Shown here: piece by piece, positions 63,792 to 64,000 of the stretch
How the letters are laid out: each line of letters starts with the position of its first letter
How positions within the stretch are numbered: the stretch's first letter is position 1
Origin: Candidatus Zhuqueibacterota bacterium
GTDB taxonomy: Bacteria; Zhuqueibacterota; Zhuqueibacteria; Residuimicrobiales; Krinioviventaceae
DNA length: 64,000 bases
Assembly (NCBI GenBank): GCA_034521575.1
Contig: JAXHMJ010000002.1
Span: forward strand, 1,001,089-1,065,088
Direction: 5' to 3'
The notes under the pieces: model-generated
Database searches by the model: none
The model's input: the letters and a program-made list of their open reading frames with translations, nothing else
What the model was told of the DNA's origin: nothing
Translations under genes and position numbers: made by a program

Positions 63792-64000
63792 GAGTCATAA
63801 AAATGAATATTCAATTTTTGATATGAACCACCAGGCAAACCCCCAATCGGGTCAATAATTTGACCGATATTTGAATAAATTCATTACTCAGGCTCAAACT
63901 CTGTCCCATTCTGATCGTTTCTTCCTTTAACTCCCATTTTGTACCATTCAGATAATCTATATTCACCTCATCTGCTAACGGCACAATCGAGAAACCGTCT

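Overview
This 64 kb window looks like chromosomal DNA from a bacterium with a type IX secretion system (T9SS). The evidence is six genes that end in Por-secretion-tail C-terminal domains (...NYPNPFNP...KMMLLK), plus DUF4837, DUF2723 and DUF4139 genes typical of the Bacteroidota/Ignavibacteriota/Calditrichota-like FCB group. The organism is otherwise unidentified. I support about 50 genes from the sequence.

Main blocks along the window:
- 1-9.4 kb: a surface carbohydrate-utilisation-like cluster. It holds the 3' end of a TonB-dependent-type beta-barrel, a T9SS cargo protein with an FN3 domain, a PorV-like outer-membrane barrel, a T9SS cargo made of five tandem LamG-like repeats of about 657 bp, and a GH88/GH105 unsaturated glycuronyl hydrolase.
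- 9.7-13.9 kb: a MATE exporter, a DoxX-family ORF, an adjoining hypothetical ORF with a possible internal Tat signal, and a membrane protein with a conserved C-terminal cysteine motif.
- 14.0-20.9 kb: a degraded gene remnant, a CBM9-like T9SS cargo, and a TetR-regulated RND efflux pump with no outer-membrane factor.
- 21-27.4 kb: a cryptic 31-aa ribosomal protein THX gene sharing a bidirectional terminator, a U32 peptidase, an MBL-fold hydrolase, a UbiB/ABC1 kinase, a phasin-like protein and a universal stress protein.
- 27.5-31.4 kb: a PAS histidine kinase with a LuxR-type response regulator. A 1310-bp IS4-like insertion sequence with 19-bp terminal inverted repeats and a 9-bp target-site duplication sits 43 bp upstream of the kinase.
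- 31.5-33.6 kb: a family-1 encapsulin operon (ferritin-like cargo with a GSDLGIGKLS targeting tail, then the shell protein), immediately downstream of crcB and a DUF190 gene.
- 33.6-44.1 kb: a long minus-strand operon that looks like a polyprenol-phosphate-sugar/GT-C glycosylation module (GT2 Dpm1-like, flippase-like, DUF2723 GT-C with TPR, GT4, methyltransferase, RfbD), interleaved with LOG, purE and a DUF4837 lipoprotein.
- 44.2-50.5 kb: recG, a DUF4139 gene and valS.
- 50.8-63.8 kb: two large T9SS cargo genes. One is a GEVED-domain protein. The other is a roughly 2,700-aa adhesin with the domain order SGNH hydrolase, FN3, LamG, CBM-like, Big_1 repeats, He_PIG-like, T9SS C-terminal domain.

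The window also carries at least 20 single-nucleotide frameshifts that split otherwise well-conserved genes, including the essential valS. They are best explained as assembly indel errors rather than real pseudogenes.

I found no rRNA, tRNA or CRISPR array. All coordinates were derived by hand from the sequence.
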